Positions 78,425-91,671 of a DNA stretch of 248,000 bases are shown piece by piece. The first letter of the stretch is position 1; every line of letters starts with the position of its first letter. The DNA is taken from NCBI RefSeq assembly GCF_000400465.1, contig NW_008806276.1, forward strand, positions 20,001 to 268,000, read 5' to 3'. Source of the DNA: Wallemia ichthyophaga EXF-994 (Eukaryota; Fungi; Basidiomycota). Both the position numbers and the translations under genes were made by a program. The notes under the pieces are model-generated. The model ran no database searches, was not told the origin of the DNA, and saw only the letters and a list, made by a program, of their open reading frames with translations.

Positions 78425-79417
78425 TTGCAGACACCGGACTTTAAGGCGTGGGGAGGAGCCAGTGCGCGAGCGCACAAGGACCGCGTAAACAGCGTGAGCT
78501 GGAGTGTCGATGGACGACGCTTGGGCAGTGTGTCGGCCGACAAAACGCTACGAATCTGGCCCGAGAAGGCACTCGACAGTGTGCGCCCGGATGCCAAACT
78601 AGCCAGTGCGATGGTAGGGCACAGCGACAAGGTGACGCAACTCGCATGGCACCCGCTCGATTCGAACCTCCTTTCGACCGTTTCGCTCGACCGCACGCTG
78701 CGGTGCTGGGACATACGCGCGCGCGCACCCACACACACCCTCCAGCTGCCCGCACCAGCTTATAACGTCGCCTACCACCCTTCTGGGAATACAGTGGCGG
78801 CGGGCGCCGAAACGGTGGATTTCTTCGACCTCGCTAGCTCAGCTGCCCCGATGCAGACACTGGAGAGACACTCGGACAATCAACGGATCAATCACGATTT
78901 CAAGTGGTCGGCGGATGGCCAGCTCTTCGCTGTCTGTTGCGGTGATGGTACCTTTCATACACACCTCTACCCGTCTTTTGAACCTGAATACACATGCCAA
79001 GCGCACACATCGGACGCTACAACGCTCGAGTTCACCCGCGATCGTCGTCATTTGCTCACGGGCGGGGGGGATGCAGTGGTGCACGTATGGGATGTGGACG
79101 AGTGGGTTTCTAGAGGCACGATCAACAATCTAGACGGACTCGTGCGGTCGATCAGCGCGAACAGCAATTCCGAGTGCGTGGCTATAGGGACAGACGACAG
79201 GAACGTGGTTATTGCGAGTATACACACGGGCGAGGTGCTGCACTCCTTCAACACTGCCGCCAAGAGCAAGGCGGTGGCATGGCATCCGAATAAGTTCCTG
79301 CTGGCTTACGCGAGCGAGGATATCAGCAGGGAGGAACACTCCCGCGATCCTGGTCTTACCAACATATCCTCGTCTGTACGTGTGTGGGGAAAGGGCGTAG
79401 GCAGGCCGGGTGTTTGA
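78425..79417 (+). CDS. WD40 protein, THO complex subunit 3 (Tex1)-like
   Basis: VNSVSWSVDGRRLGS, GHSDKV, VAWHPNKFLLAYA. Confidence 0.8.
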   Translation: MQTPDFKAWGGASARAHKDRVNSVSWSVDGRRLGSVSADKTLRIWPEKALDSVRPDAKLASAMVGHSDKVTQLAWHPLDSNLLSTVSLDRTLRCWDIRARAPTHTLQLPAPAYNVAYHPSGNTVAAGAETVDFFDLASSAAPMQTLERHSDNQRINHDFKWSADGQLFAVCCGDGTFHTHLYPSFEPEYTCQAHTSDATTLEFTRDRRHLLTGGGDAVVHVWDVDEWVSRGTINNLDGLVRSISANSNSECVAIGTDDRNVVIASIHTGEVLHSFNTAAKSKAVAWHPNKFLLAYASEDISREEHSRDPGLTNISSSVRVWGKGVGRPGV

Positions 79418-79565
79418 GGTTGTGAAAATTTGCGTCTGCGCAGCTATTGTAGGATGGATAAACAATGTACTTGTATAGCTGAGGTGTATGTGTGTGCTGT
79501 GTAAACCACAAAAGGCGTGATAACAAGTTTGTATTCGCGGTATAACACCTTTCACCCGCACAACC

Positions 79566-80337
79566 ATGGACAATGCGCTGCTTTCACAAATCCAAGGCGG
79601 GAAAAAGCTGAAGAAGTCGCAGACGAATGACAGATCAGGGCCATCGGTGGGCGGGGGAGTGGTCGGTGAGGGAGGCGGCGGTGGTGGCAGTGGTGGCAGT
79701 GGCAGCGGCAGCACCAACACCACCACCAAACAAGCAAACCCCGCAGACACATCAACGGCCCCGCAACTCGGTGGGATATTCGCAGGCGTTGGAATGCCCA
79801 AGCTGCGTCCAGCGGGTGGAAAGGGCGTTGCAGGAATAAGTGAGTCTGGCGCAGTGCTTGGGTATTTCTAACGCGACTACATAGACAAAGCAAGCCTAGC
79901 TAAGCCACCGTCGATACCCAAGGCACCAGCAGCCACAACACCAGCAACACCACCAGCACCACCAAACAGAGGTATGCCACCGAGACCACCAGCAGCCCCG
80001 CCGGCTAGGGCTACACCACCACCACCACCTCCAGCACCAGCTCGAGGTATTCCCGCAGCCCCGCCAGTACCTGCGCCCATGCCAACGCCCACAACACAAA
80101 CAACCTCTCGGCCCCCTCCGCCAGTCCCACCAGTTAATCCAGCTGGTGCAGCTGGTAAGAAGCCACCTCCACCAAAACCCAAACCAAAGCCTGGTGCGGG
80201 TGCGAGTGGGAGTATGGCAGCAGCAGCAGCGGCGGTGGCTGCAGTGACACCTCAATTACCAGCAACTCAATTACCAGCAACTCAAGCACCAGCAACTCAA
80301 GCACCTTCTCAACCACCACGCGTACTACCACCAGGAC

Positions 80338-80372
<35 letters not shown>

Positions 80373-81083
80373 CCAGCACCAGCACCACGTTCAATACCCC
80401 AACCACCTCAACCACCTAATAGACCATCACCACCTCCAGCCCCACAGCGAAAAGCACCGCCAAGTCTACCATCGAGAGGTGCAAATTTGGTTTCGAAACC
80501 ACCACCACCACCGGCTAGAGGGGGAGAAAGAGGTGGACTGGGAATTGGCAGTGGGATTAGTAATAACAATAACAGACAACCACCACCGCCACCACCACCC
80601 AGACCAACAACCAGCTCATCGATTCGGTGAGTAGAGAAGGCGTATTTTAAACGGGCAAACTGATATATGTTCAGGGCACCACCACCACCACCACCGGCAA
80701 GAGGCGGATTTAATTCCAATGTGAATGTCAACAATGGGAAATCTGGAACACCTGGAACACTTGGAACACCTGGGAAACCTGGAAAATTCGGAAAATCACG
80801 AATAGTAGCAGCTGAACCAAAGGAGGGTATCGGTGCTGTTTCCATACCCAATCAAACACTTGAACCACCACCACCTCTACGATCAGCCACAATACGCAAC
80901 GTGAATAAGCCAGAAGGAACACAAGAGATTAGTGATAGCAAAACACCACCAGATAGCCTCGGTGAATACTCGTTTACAAGTTATTTGGATATACCACCAC
81001 CCCGGGAGTATTTAAAGACATCATTGACGTATCCGAGTGGCAGAAACAAGGCAACCAACTTTGATTTAAGGCAGTTGGAATGA
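79566..81083 (+). CDS. VRP1: Verprolin/WIP (WH2 plus polyproline)
   Basis: ALLSQIQGGKKLKKSQTNDRSGP, GGIFAGVGMPKLR, polyproline tracts. Confidence 0.85.
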
Positions 81084-81188
81084 ACAAAAATATAAATCTA
81101 AAATACATTTTTATTTTTTATATTTCCATTGACACGTACACGTATCTCCAACGCATTCTTGAACCCACACAGTCATCGACAGCACACA

Positions 81189-82667
81189 ATGAAATTGAAA
81201 ATATCAGTCGTAGCAGGATTATTAGCGGTATTTGCAGGCGTTGCAGGTGCCACAGATGGAAACAGCAACGTACTCCAACTCACAAAAGACAACTTTGATC
81301 ATGTTGTCAAGCCTGCTGATCTCATGCTTGTCGAGTTCTATGCTCCATGGTGTGGCCATTGCAAGGCTCTTGCTCCACAATACGAGGAGGCAGCTGGTCA
81401 ACTCAAATCCAAGGATATCAGCCTCGCAAAGGTTGATTGCGTTGAGGAGGCTCAAGTCTGCTCTGAGAACGATGTAGGCGGCTATCCAACACTCAAAGTA
81501 TTCAGAAAAGGTCTTGCATCGCCTTACGGTGGAACTAGAAAGTCTGAAGGTATCGTCAGCTACATGACTAAACAATCACTTCCACCTGTTTCTCAAGTTA
81601 CCCCTTCAAACCACGACGATTTTAAACAATCCGATAAAGTCGTCATCATGGCTTACAACCTCAAACCAAACACTGACTTATACAAGACATTCCACTCCAC
81701 CGCCACTAACCTTCGCGATAACTACCTCTTTGGTGAATCTGATGACTCATCTGTTGCAAAGTCAGCTGGTGTCTCTGGTCCTTCCATCGTCATTTACAAG
81801 TCCTTCGATGAAGGTCGTAATGACGTAAACACTAAATCTTTAGATGAAAACTCCCTCACCGAAACTATTAACATCAACTCTATTCCCCTCATTGATGAAA
81901 TTGGCCCTGAAAACTTCTCCCGCTACGCTACCTCTGGTCTCCCTCTCGCTTACATCTTCGAGAACCCTGAAGACCCTAAGTTAGCTCAGCACGTTGATGA
82001 GTTAAAGCCAATTGCAGAGGAATACAAGGGCAAAATTAGCTTCGTCTGGATTGACGGTGTCAAGTTTGTTGAGCACGGAAAGGCCCTCAACCTTATCAAG
82101 GACGAATGGCCTGGCTTCGTCATCCAAGATCTCCAGGCCGGTCACAAATATCCTATGGACATCACCAAACCCGTCTCTAAGAAGAATGTCGCTCAATTCG
82201 TCAAGGACTTTTCCAACGGCAAGGTAGAACCTTCCGTTAAATCAGAAGCCATCCCAGCTGAACAAACTGACTCAGCCATCACCCTTGTCGCTGATCAATT
82301 CGATGAAATTGTCTACAACAACGAAAAAGACGTCTTTGTTGAGTTCTATGCCCCTTGGTGTGGTCACTGCAAGCGTCTCGCGCCTGAGTGGGAGGCACTT
82401 GCGCAGAGCTACGAGAATGACTCCTCTCTCACCATCGCCAAAATGGACGCCACTGCTAACGACATCCCTCCCTCAACTAAATTCTCCATCTCCTCCTTCC
82501 CTACTCTCAAACTCCAGCCTGCTGGCACTAAAGAATGGATCGATTACGAAGGTGATAGATCTCCTGAATCCCTCCGCGAATTCATCAAAGATAACAGAGG
82601 TACTAAGTCAGCAACCGATGGTGACAAAGAGGCCCCTCACAATGAACACAAGAAGGACGAGCTCTAG
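81189..82667 (+). CDS. PDI1: Protein disulfide isomerase
   Basis: Two WCGHCK motifs, signal peptide, C-terminal KDEL. Confidence 0.95.
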   Translation: MKLKISVVAGLLAVFAGVAGATDGNSNVLQLTKDNFDHVVKPADLMLVEFYAPWCGHCKALAPQYEEAAGQLKSKDISLAKVDCVEEAQVCSENDVGGYPTLKVFRKGLASPYGGTRKSEGIVSYMTKQSLPPVSQVTPSNHDDFKQSDKVVIMAYNLKPNTDLYKTFHSTATNLRDNYLFGESDDSSVAKSAGVSGPSIVIYKSFDEGRNDVNTKSLDENSLTETININSIPLIDEIGPENFSRYATSGLPLAYIFENPEDPKLAQHVDELKPIAEEYKGKISFVWIDGVKFVEHGKALNLIKDEWPGFVIQDLQAGHKYPMDITKPVSKKNVAQFVKDFSNGKVEPSVKSEAIPAEQTDSAITLVADQFDEIVYNNEKDVFVEFYAPWCGHCKRLAPEWEALAQSYENDSSLTIAKMDATANDIPPSTKFSISSFPTLKLQPAGTKEWIDYEGDRSPESLREFIKDNRGTKSATDGDKEAPHNEHKKDEL

Positions 82668-83339
82668 CCGCACCACGTTGTACTTTAGATTAACTATTCA
82701 TTATTCCCTTGATTTGATTTTATGAGCGTAAACGTGCTACATTTGGTGTGTATCTAGGTAGTAGTTAGCAAAAGTTTGTCTCTCTTTTCAAGTCACTTAT
82801 GATAGCTGAAAAGAAACAAGGTAGCGTATAATATATCATTAATAACCTAGTTAGTCTTGAACTCGTCAATCTTGCAATTGTGACATCATCTTGCGACAGA
82901 TAACCTATGTTTCACTTTTCCGTCAGTAGTGTACCTGCTTCATCATCTGCTGGTGTACTATTACCTTTAAACAAAACTTTGGGTCCTAACAAATTAAGGT
83001 CCTGGTTCACGTTGAGATAGACATTAGCGATTATCCCCCCAATTGATATACCCATAAAACGACAAAGAGAAAACGACATGAGATATCAAAGATTATTGAA
83101 GCTCATAGAGATATCTTTGCTTGGCTTCTTAAACCTCTGGGCTTAAAGTTCCATGCGTCAGTATCTCATCTCTTAGAGCTGCAGAGCGAGTCATTAAAGG
83201 GATTTTGGCTACTTGCAACATTTACATCCGACTTTGCGACTCGGAATGATTGCGTTTATGAGCCGCCTCTGCCTTTCACATCGACGCATCTCTTGAGTTC
83301 CGAGATCTGACCAGACAGCGTTGCTCAATTTCTAAGCTT

Positions 83340-83600
83340 TCTAGGTTTACACAAAGATGGCTGCCTGTGTTATGATTTTAGCTCGTACTTGGGATAGATG
83401 CACGCGTCAATGAAGATAAAAGGTTCACGGCGAAGGAAATCAGGTTCCTGGCCACCAAGCTTGAGTAGCTTTCAGGAAACCTCAATTTACTGTAAGTAGC
83501 CTGCTGTCTCAGATGTGCCACTTTTTGACAACTCACAGGGAAATTATCGAGGCTACGCAATGAAGACGAGAGAAAACTCGAGCAAATGGGATCGCGAAGA
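83340..83600 (-). pseudogene. Degenerate catalase fragment
   Basis: Similar to 85538-85700 (tagatgcacgcgtcaatgaa vs tagatgcccgcgtcaatgaa), with stops. Confidence 0.65.
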
Positions 83601-84162
83601 ACAGCGCAACTAGGCCATCTAATTAAATTAGCAAAATGATTCTATATACATACTTGATTAGCTGAATTTCTTTCAAATGTTTTACAGTTTGTTTTTCATC
83701 TACAGTACACGATACTAATGTTTTTTTTCTTGAAGTTGCAGCTGTGTACTTTTGAAAAGGTGTTGTTTAATAAGTTTCTGACGATGCTCTTCGAAATCGT
83801 AGTCAATGCGCTTGAACCTTTTTTTTTATGCTAGTGAACACCACCATTGTCGCATCTACTAATCTCAATCCCACCCGCACTCTAACTCCAGAACAAGGAA
83901 TTGATTGACAGATATCTAAAGATTGTCTGATTATATGGCTGGCGAGGGATATAGCAGATGTACTCCACAGTCGTTGTGAGATCTTACTACTAAAATGTGT
84001 GATTTTCGGTAACAGAACTACTCGAGATCTCCCTTTGTAAACATCAATTTAATAGGCTGAAAACTCTTTAGAGCGGCCAACGCAGTCTCCGCAAAAAGCA
84101 AAAGTGAGACATATAAATTATCGTAAAAAGAATACAAATTGAAAAGCGACGATAGCGCCTAT

Positions 84163-86577
84163 CTAGTAAGCCAATGTAGAGTTGTCTCTGCGCCAGTAAC
84201 GGTGACCAGCTATAGCTTGCGCGTAAGCACCTGCGAAAGTGGCGGCGTCGTAAGCACCGTGTGTTAATTTCTCAAGCAAACCAGTGTCTTGGTTTGTGAG
84301 GTTAGGCGCGACGACAACGCCATCTTGTACTGAGAAGCTCTTGCTATCTTCGATCTTGTTCGTGATTGGGATGAGCTTGGATGCCCATTCAGCGCTGCTG
84401 CCTACAACAGCCAGCGGCTTGTAGTGTGCATAAGCTTCAATGCACCAGTGCTTTGGTCTGCCCATTTGCAAAGTCTTCTGGTATGTATCGTTGCCGTCTA
84501 AGAAAATCAAGCTGTCGAAGTATGTTGATCTGGCTAACTCAAATGTGAATTGAGTGTCGAGCTGCTCGCCGTTCTTGCCATAAGTTGGTCCCTTTCTTGT
84601 TCCGATCACTGCTACAATATTACCTAAAGAAGAAAAGGCTTTCTGAACAGCGACTGCTTGTTGATAGTCGAAGCCATCTGGTGCAATCATCGCAATCAAT
84701 CTTCCCTCAGCCTTGAATGTGTTGTTCTTGGAGAGCATACTGATTGGATTGGAGCCGTCAGTCTTTCTGCCATGGTTCTTCTTTACTGGCTGACCGACGT
84801 CAATGCCGAAGTTGCTGGCGATACTCTTGGCGAGGTCATAATCAATGTGCTTGAAACGCTCCATCATACGCTCTTGAACACCTCTGTCATCACATCTACC
84901 AATTTCGAAAGCTGCCGTGTTAACGTAGTTGTTCTTTTCGACGTCAGATAATGAATTGTAGTGGAGAGTGGCTTGATCATAATATTCGAAGAACTTAGGG
85001 CCCAGATTTCTCTCACGTACACCTCCAACCTTGTATGGTGGATGGTGGAGACCACCCTGAGCAACAGATGCCGGACCAGGGTTGTTGTTGAATCTGTTAG
85101 GATAGTAGTTTGGTCCACTAGGGATAACTTTGCTTGATGAACCGTCTCTGAGAGTGTTCATAAATGGACACGCCTGAGGAATTGGCTGATTGATCGGTAT
85201 TTGGGAAAAGTTAATGCCACCAAGTCTAGAAATCTGTGTGTCGAAGTAACTGAAGTTACGGACTTGAAGCATTGGGTCATCCGAGTAATCCTGTTAAGTG
85301 TCAACATTTTTCAGGAAATGTCTTCCAAAACCTACGATGCCTGGTACAATGTTGTTGGTACAGAAAGCCACTTGTTCGTTCTCCGCAAACTGATCTGTGA
85401 CTGTTCTGTTCAACGTCATTGTTCCTACCCATTTAATTGGCACTTCCTCTTCAGGGATTATTTTTGTGCAGTCAAGCAAGTCAAATGAGAATTTGTCTTC
85501 GTCCTCCTCAGGAACGAGCTGTACACCAAACTCGTACTTGGGGTAGATGCCCGCGTCAATGAACATATAGAGATCGCGGCGGAGGAAATCAGGGTCCTGG
85601 CCGCCGAGCTTGAGAGCCTCATCCCAGCACAATGAGTGGTGTCCAAGATGAGGCTTCCAGTGGAACTTTACGAAAGTGCGCTTGCCTTCCTTATTGACAA
85701 AGACAAAGGTGTTTACACCAAATCCTTGAATCATACGGTAAGAGCGGGGAATCGTCGCATCGGATAACGCCCAGGAAGCCATGTGCTGATATTGTGTGAG
85801 TATATCTCGATAAAATCTTCTTAACTCACAGTAGACTCTTCGCTGAGGGAAATAAAGTCCCAAAAGTTGTCATGTGCCGTCTGTGCTTGCGGAATGCCAG
85901 TACGAGGTTCAGGTTTAGCAGCGTGGATTAGGTCAGGAAACTTCATACCATCTTGTACCTGTTGGTTTGTAAGTAAACAATCTCAAAACGTGGTTTAAAC
86001 TTCCGAAAAACGGTGCAAGTGAGTTACCGACAACATCCCAATTTCCTTCTTCTGTGTAAAAGCGGCTCGCGAAACCTCTTACTTCCCTTGCTGTCTCAGC
86101 TGCACCGGAGCTTCCGAGAACGGTTGAAAAGCGCACGAACATAGGAGTTTCACTTTCTGTGTCATTAAGGACCTTAGCGTGCGTAACATCTTCCAAGCTG
86201 GTGTGCAATTTGAAGAATCCATGTGCAGCGTCACCGCGGGCATGAACGACACGCTCTGAGATGACGTCAGTCAGAAAAACCAAATGCTCGGAACGCACCT
86301 GGGATTCTCTCGTGGTCAAAGTGCGAGACCTTATCGCGCATGATAGGATCGCTGAGAAGGTAAGGGCCTCTGCGGCCGGCCTTCATGCCGACTTCAACAT
86401 TATCAGCCTTGGCGCCGAAGGTGGTGCGGTGGAAGGCATCTCCCTCCGTAGGGATGTCCCTGGTGGCGGTGGCGAGTTGCTCGGCCTTCGAGTTTGCGTT
86501 GACGGGTTTGTCGGAATCGTATACGGACCTGCAGGAAAGTTATTAGATAGGGCGATACGTTTGCACATTACCCACAT
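84163..86577 (-). CDS. Large-subunit monofunctional catalase with C-terminal DJ-1-like domain
   Basis: [43 protein letters not shown]. Confidence 0.93.
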
Positions 86578-86759
86578 TATTATTCGTAGTTGGAGAAGAA
86601 GTCATGACAAATCGGCGAAATTTATTGGTGCAAGAAATCATGACGTCAACTGGGTGCGATGAGTGATCAGCAAGTCGCTTTGAGGGGCGTGGAGGTGGAA
86701 AGCGTATACAGCATGTCTAGCGTGCTCAGTAAGTCGCAGTCTTGCACGCCACTCGCATC

Positions 86760-87200
86760 TGTGGCAATCCGTTCGCTGGAACATTTAGCCGGTTTATCCA
86801 GATTAACCAATTTCAGGCAGAACAGAAAATCAGCCAGATTTTTATCGATATGTGCTTGTTTGCTCTACGCACTACATTAATAGGTGCAAACAGACCTAGC
86901 ATCTCCTCTCACAAAACAAATGGAGAATTTTCTCATGGTAATGAACGTCAGATTGTACTCTAAGTGATGTGAGAGGTTTGGGTGGTGAATGGATTGCGGG
87001 CTTTTTTGGCCTTAGTCACTATGCCACGCAAATCTCCAATCTGAAGCTACCCGCTCGCCCAAACGTTTAGCCAGTTTAACCAGATTACCCAGATTCAGGC
87101 AGATCAGAAAAACAGCGAGATTTATAAGCATTCTTGATTACTAAAATCGTATAGCACATTAAAATAACGCAAGTAGCCCTGATATCTCTTCACATCAAGT
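86760..87200. repeat. Degenerate direct repeat pair (~140 bp) upstream of catalase
   Basis: catttagccggtttatccagattaaccaatttcaggcagaacagaaaa vs cgtttagccagtttaaccagattacccagattcaggcagatcagaaaa. Confidence 0.7.
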
Positions 87201-87239
87201 ACGCGCAATTTTTTCATACAGCTGTAAATATCAAATTAC

Positions 87240-89190
87240 ACGTCTATTTAGCCTACTTTAGCTTTCTTAGTGTGAGTAATGTCTGTGCGATCCTGCAAAT
87301 GCTCCTGCGAGCGCTTATCTCCTACATTCTTGCGCTCGTCTCCTGTATTTTCGTGCTTGTCTTCCACTTTTTCATCTTTCTCCCCTTGCTTCTCAATCTT
87401 GTCACCCCTTGCCGGCCTTGCCAATGGACCCCAGTTCGCCGGGTTGGCCTGATACCGTCTGATTTTCTCCTTGGAGTTGAACAGATCGACGACTTTCTGG
87501 TTATGGGTGAGATCAGCGTCGATGCTGTGAGTGTATCAGAGCAGATCACGCGCAAAAGCTCACCCTACCGCGGCTCCTTGGTGAGCAAGTGTCTTGTAGG
87601 CGAGCCCTCCTTGACGTTTTCCAGCTTGACGGGATGGGACAGCATCCACTTGCGCATCATGTCATGCACGGCGCTAACAGGTGCATCTGTCTTGATGGAC
87701 CCGGGGAGGGCGTGCGAGCGTGAGACGGCGTACCCCGCGTTAACGAGGCCGGACCTGTAAGGGGGTGAGACAATCAGTCCTTTCTAGCAAACCAAAATGT
87801 ACCCAACAGTCACCATAGAGGGCGCCGTCAGCTTCATAGCGCTCGCGACGCTGTCTGTGGTGAAGTAGAACGGCTCGTCGAGCTCGTCGTGCGCTGTGCT
87901 CACCATCCCCTTCATACGCGTAGCCGTACCGTAGGTGCCCTCCTGCGCCTGCGTGACGTGCTGCAAGAGGCGCTGCGTAAAGGCTTTGTTGTGCAGCTTG
88001 TCGATCCACATGGGGCCGTTAGTGTGACAGTGCGCGTGACACTCGCTGCATCGCCCACTCGCATCCACACCCGAGCCTACACCCACGCTCTGCGCTGCCT
88101 GGAACTTGCTCGAGACATTTCCCTTCCCGCTCACTTTCTCCACTACCCTCCCAAAAGGCTGGATGGTGTGCGCGCGGCAGAAAGAGCAAACATGCACACT
88201 CCCCGTTTTACTAAACGCCTTTTTGGTCTCGGCAGAGCCGTCGTGGATGCGCACCCACATGCGCACATAAAAGTCGATGGAGAGCGACATCATGGGCTCG
88301 ATGTAGCGCCCGTACCGCGATGCCGACTGGGAGATGGAGTTGAGGATGAGACGGAGTGCCTGCGAGTGTGTGAGTGTGAGTTTGAGTGAGCATCCCACCA
88401 CCATGCGCCTCACTCACCGCCTCGTGGGTGTACTCGGCGCGTACAGGCGTGCCGCCGTAGTTGGAGAAACACTTCTCCGGGTAGTTGGTGCCGGCCATGA
88501 CGGCAGTGTCGGTGCAGGTGATGCAGAGAAGACCCCCACTGCTAAGCGACTGCACAGCTGCATCAATGAACGGGGCTGCTGTACCGTATGGATCCAGGTC
88601 AATGACGTCGAATTGCGCCTTGCTGCGGTGCTGGTACATGAGCGCACTCGCATCGCCTTCCGTCACGTTTACCCGCCCTTGTAGCTGGTTGTACGCGACG
88701 TTTTGGCGGATGGCAGCGACGGCGTCGGGAGAAAAGTCGTTAGCGTAGATGCGGTTGGCGTTGGGGATCTCTTTGGCGTATCGGATGGCTCGCAAGCCGG
88801 TAGCTGAGAGAGCGTCGAGAATGCTGAAATTGTGCACCCAGTCTGGGTTTTCGATAGGCTCTCTCCGCTTTCCGGTGCTGTTACCGGTACTGTTACGGTT
88901 GCTGTTCTTCTCCAGCCTCTGCTTGAACTTGGCAGACTTCTCGTCGCGAACGATCTCGGACCAAACTTTGATAGCGGCTACAGACAGGTCCCTATTAAAC
89001 TCCTGTATGGGATTAATGAATGCCTTGTTGTCGCTCTTCTCGGTAATTGGGATCAGTATTTGGGCTGTATTTTCGCTTGTGAGTTTGTGATTTTCAGGAA
89101 GAGCGGGTTGAGTGGGAGTTGTGGACATTATACGGGCTTTACTGATAGACCTATTTACACAGCAGCTGCTCCTACTCAGCATGCACTACT
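87240..89190 (-). CDS. TRM1: tRNA (guanine26-N2,N2)-dimethyltransferase
   Basis: FINPIQEFNRDLS, LDALSATGLRAIRY, DVIDLDPYG, LSIDFYVR. Confidence 0.93.
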
Positions 89191-89247
89191 TGGTAGCGAG
89201 AAGACAACGAGGACACGATAGAAACTAAAAAAATCAACAAATCTATT

Positions 89248-90290
89248 CTAATACAACCCTTCCAAGTAATCCGCGCTCTTCTTTGTGCCAGCGAATGGTC
89301 TTTCTTGTACTTTTTCGTTTGGTTTGGGGTTAGGTGTGAGGTATGGTGCGATAACGTCGTCAAATGAGGGCAATTGCTCTTTCTTCTTCTCCACACCCTT
89401 CTTAGCAGCTCCCTTAGACAAGCCAGCTGTGATTATGCTACGGATCGAAACATAGTCGAGTGGCTTGTCATCTTTGCTATCTTTCTTACCATCCTTCTTC
89501 TCAGACAGGCCTTCAAATGGCTTGAATTCAGCAGCTTCCTTGGCCTGCTTGTCGGCAACCTGCTTCATTGAGCCGCGTGGGTTGTCAATCTTACCCAAAT
89601 GAGACAGAATATCACCACGCGTAAGCATACCGTGTCTGCCGGTGCCCTGGATAGCGCTTGGGTCTGATATACCATTGTCGATCAAGAGACGTGAGACAGA
89701 AGGGAATAATGGTTTGGTGGATTCTACGTGGGTGTCTTTAGGTGTAGGTTCGGGTGTGCTTTGTGCCGGTTCTGGGGTTGGTTGTGGTGTTGAGTCTTGC
89801 TTTGCACCTTCTGACTCTCCCTGAGAACTTTTTGCACTCTCTGCCACGGCGTCCGCGGCTGAGATATCATCGCCTTCCTCACCGAGCACAGCGATCGGAG
89901 CACCAACAGGAATACCTTTTGCGCCGTCGTTGAGAATGATCTTTGCGAGAACCCCGTCATCCTGGGCTTCGACGTCGATGGTGGCCTTATCAGTTTCGAT
90001 TTCCAACAAAACGTCGCCTGCGCTGAATTTGTCGCCTGCTTTAATCTTCCAACCAGCGATACCACCTTCAGTCATAGTAGGAGACATACTGAGAAATGCT
90101 GTTAAATTGGCATATAGACTATAGTTGCTTCCTCACGCTGGAAAATCGAATTTGTTGAGTACATTCGTACATCTAGTAGTGCTTAGTGACCGAGTGAGCG
90201 TGGCTTGGGAAACGTGCTTAGAAATATCAAATTGATTAGTATTACCACTTACTGCCCCTCCTCAGCGCCATTCTCGTCATTGGAATCATA
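89248..90290 (-). CDS. PDX1: Pyruvate dehydrogenase complex E3-binding protein X
   Basis: Lipoyl domain MSPTMTEG...ETDKA, E3-binding PSVSRLL...GTGRHGMLTRGD, no catalytic domain. Confidence 0.8.
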
Positions 90291-90461
90291 ATCATCGTCA
90301 GAGTGTAAGATGCAAGAAGGTTATCTGGGACTTTATTGAAAATTAGTATATTTCATATTTAAATAGTAGATATTATTACAGTTAATACCTTCAAACCCCT
90401 TCAACACCCCGTCAAGACAAGAAAATACATGGTATGAAACTTATTATAGAAATGCTCTTAT

Positions 90462-91510
90462 CTAATTAAGGTACTTCCTGATAATATCAACTACGTTTAA
90501 TGCACGCTTGAGAAAGTTTCCTGGACGCGTTCTATCTGGCTCATCAGAAAAACCTTTGACATCATTATGATCTATCTCGCAGATAAGTTCCTTCGTGAGC
90601 CAGAAAGGAACACTGCGATACTCGTATGGCTTTTGGAGAAACACTCTTGCTCCTCCAACTGGCAGATGGACCTTTCTACAACAGACATGGCTATACTAGC
90701 CCTGTATACTGACTTTGTGCACTTTAATTCACGCCAATATCCCTAAACAATCTTGTCATTGTGATTGGAATGCTTTTGTAGATGTCAATCATATCTTCTC
90801 TCGTCTGAAATTTATCAACAAGCTCCGAGGAAAAAAAGTAATCACCCACCAGTGAGATTAGCGAGATGTCTATTTTTTCAGTAGGTCTGATCCCAAGGAG
90901 TCTCGGCTCATCTAAAACATACGGACAAACGCCGAGCTTTTCGACAATCGCGTACAACATCTTCTTAATACTCATTTTCCTTCTCGCGCTGTTCCTCATC
91001 GAGAATCCCGAAATCCTCTCTTGTCAATTCTTCGCGTGTACTTCTCACTATTTTCCACTTGCACATCTCGATTGCGAGCTCCAAATGCATCGAATCCTTC
91101 ATCCCACAATAGACTTTCTAGTCGATTGACGAGAACCGGAATGACTGCAGCTGATCGATTGCGGATTTTGAAAATGAATTCTTTCTTTGATCAATACTCG
91201 CGACAATTGGTGGCTTTGAGAAAGTCTTTCAACGTAAACAGTAAATCTGCATTCCCATTAGACGCGTAGATGTAATAATCATTGGATGCTATAACGACGA
91301 CGGGCTTTGTAGTATCTACGTTGAGTCTTGTAACATCACGGCGCAGGCTATTGCGATGCCATCTGGCCGTTGGTGCGTCGGCCGGAAAATTGGACTTTAG
91401 TGTGCGAGTTATCCTCAGTCATATTGCCTAGAGTGGGGTTTTGATGGTCAGCTGATTGGGTTGGAATGTGGGGTGTGAGGATGTAAGAAATCGAGAGAAA
91501 AAATAATCTG
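90462..91510 (-). CDS. Orphan tandem-family member 1 (possibly degenerate)
   Basis: Paralogous to 91672-92663 and 92900-93960 (VLDEPRLLG, RPGNFLKR). Confidence 0.5.
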
Positions 91511-91671
91511 GACGAGTGAGTAGTTGGTCAGGAAAGCGGTTATCAATTAAGCTCCCATGACTATCATCCTTCCTTAGAACTCCTCAGAAGAGATAGAAAT
91601 ATTAAATCATAAATCCAAGACAAATACAAGAAAAAGCAAGGTATAAAGCTTCAAACTGGATATACTCTCAT

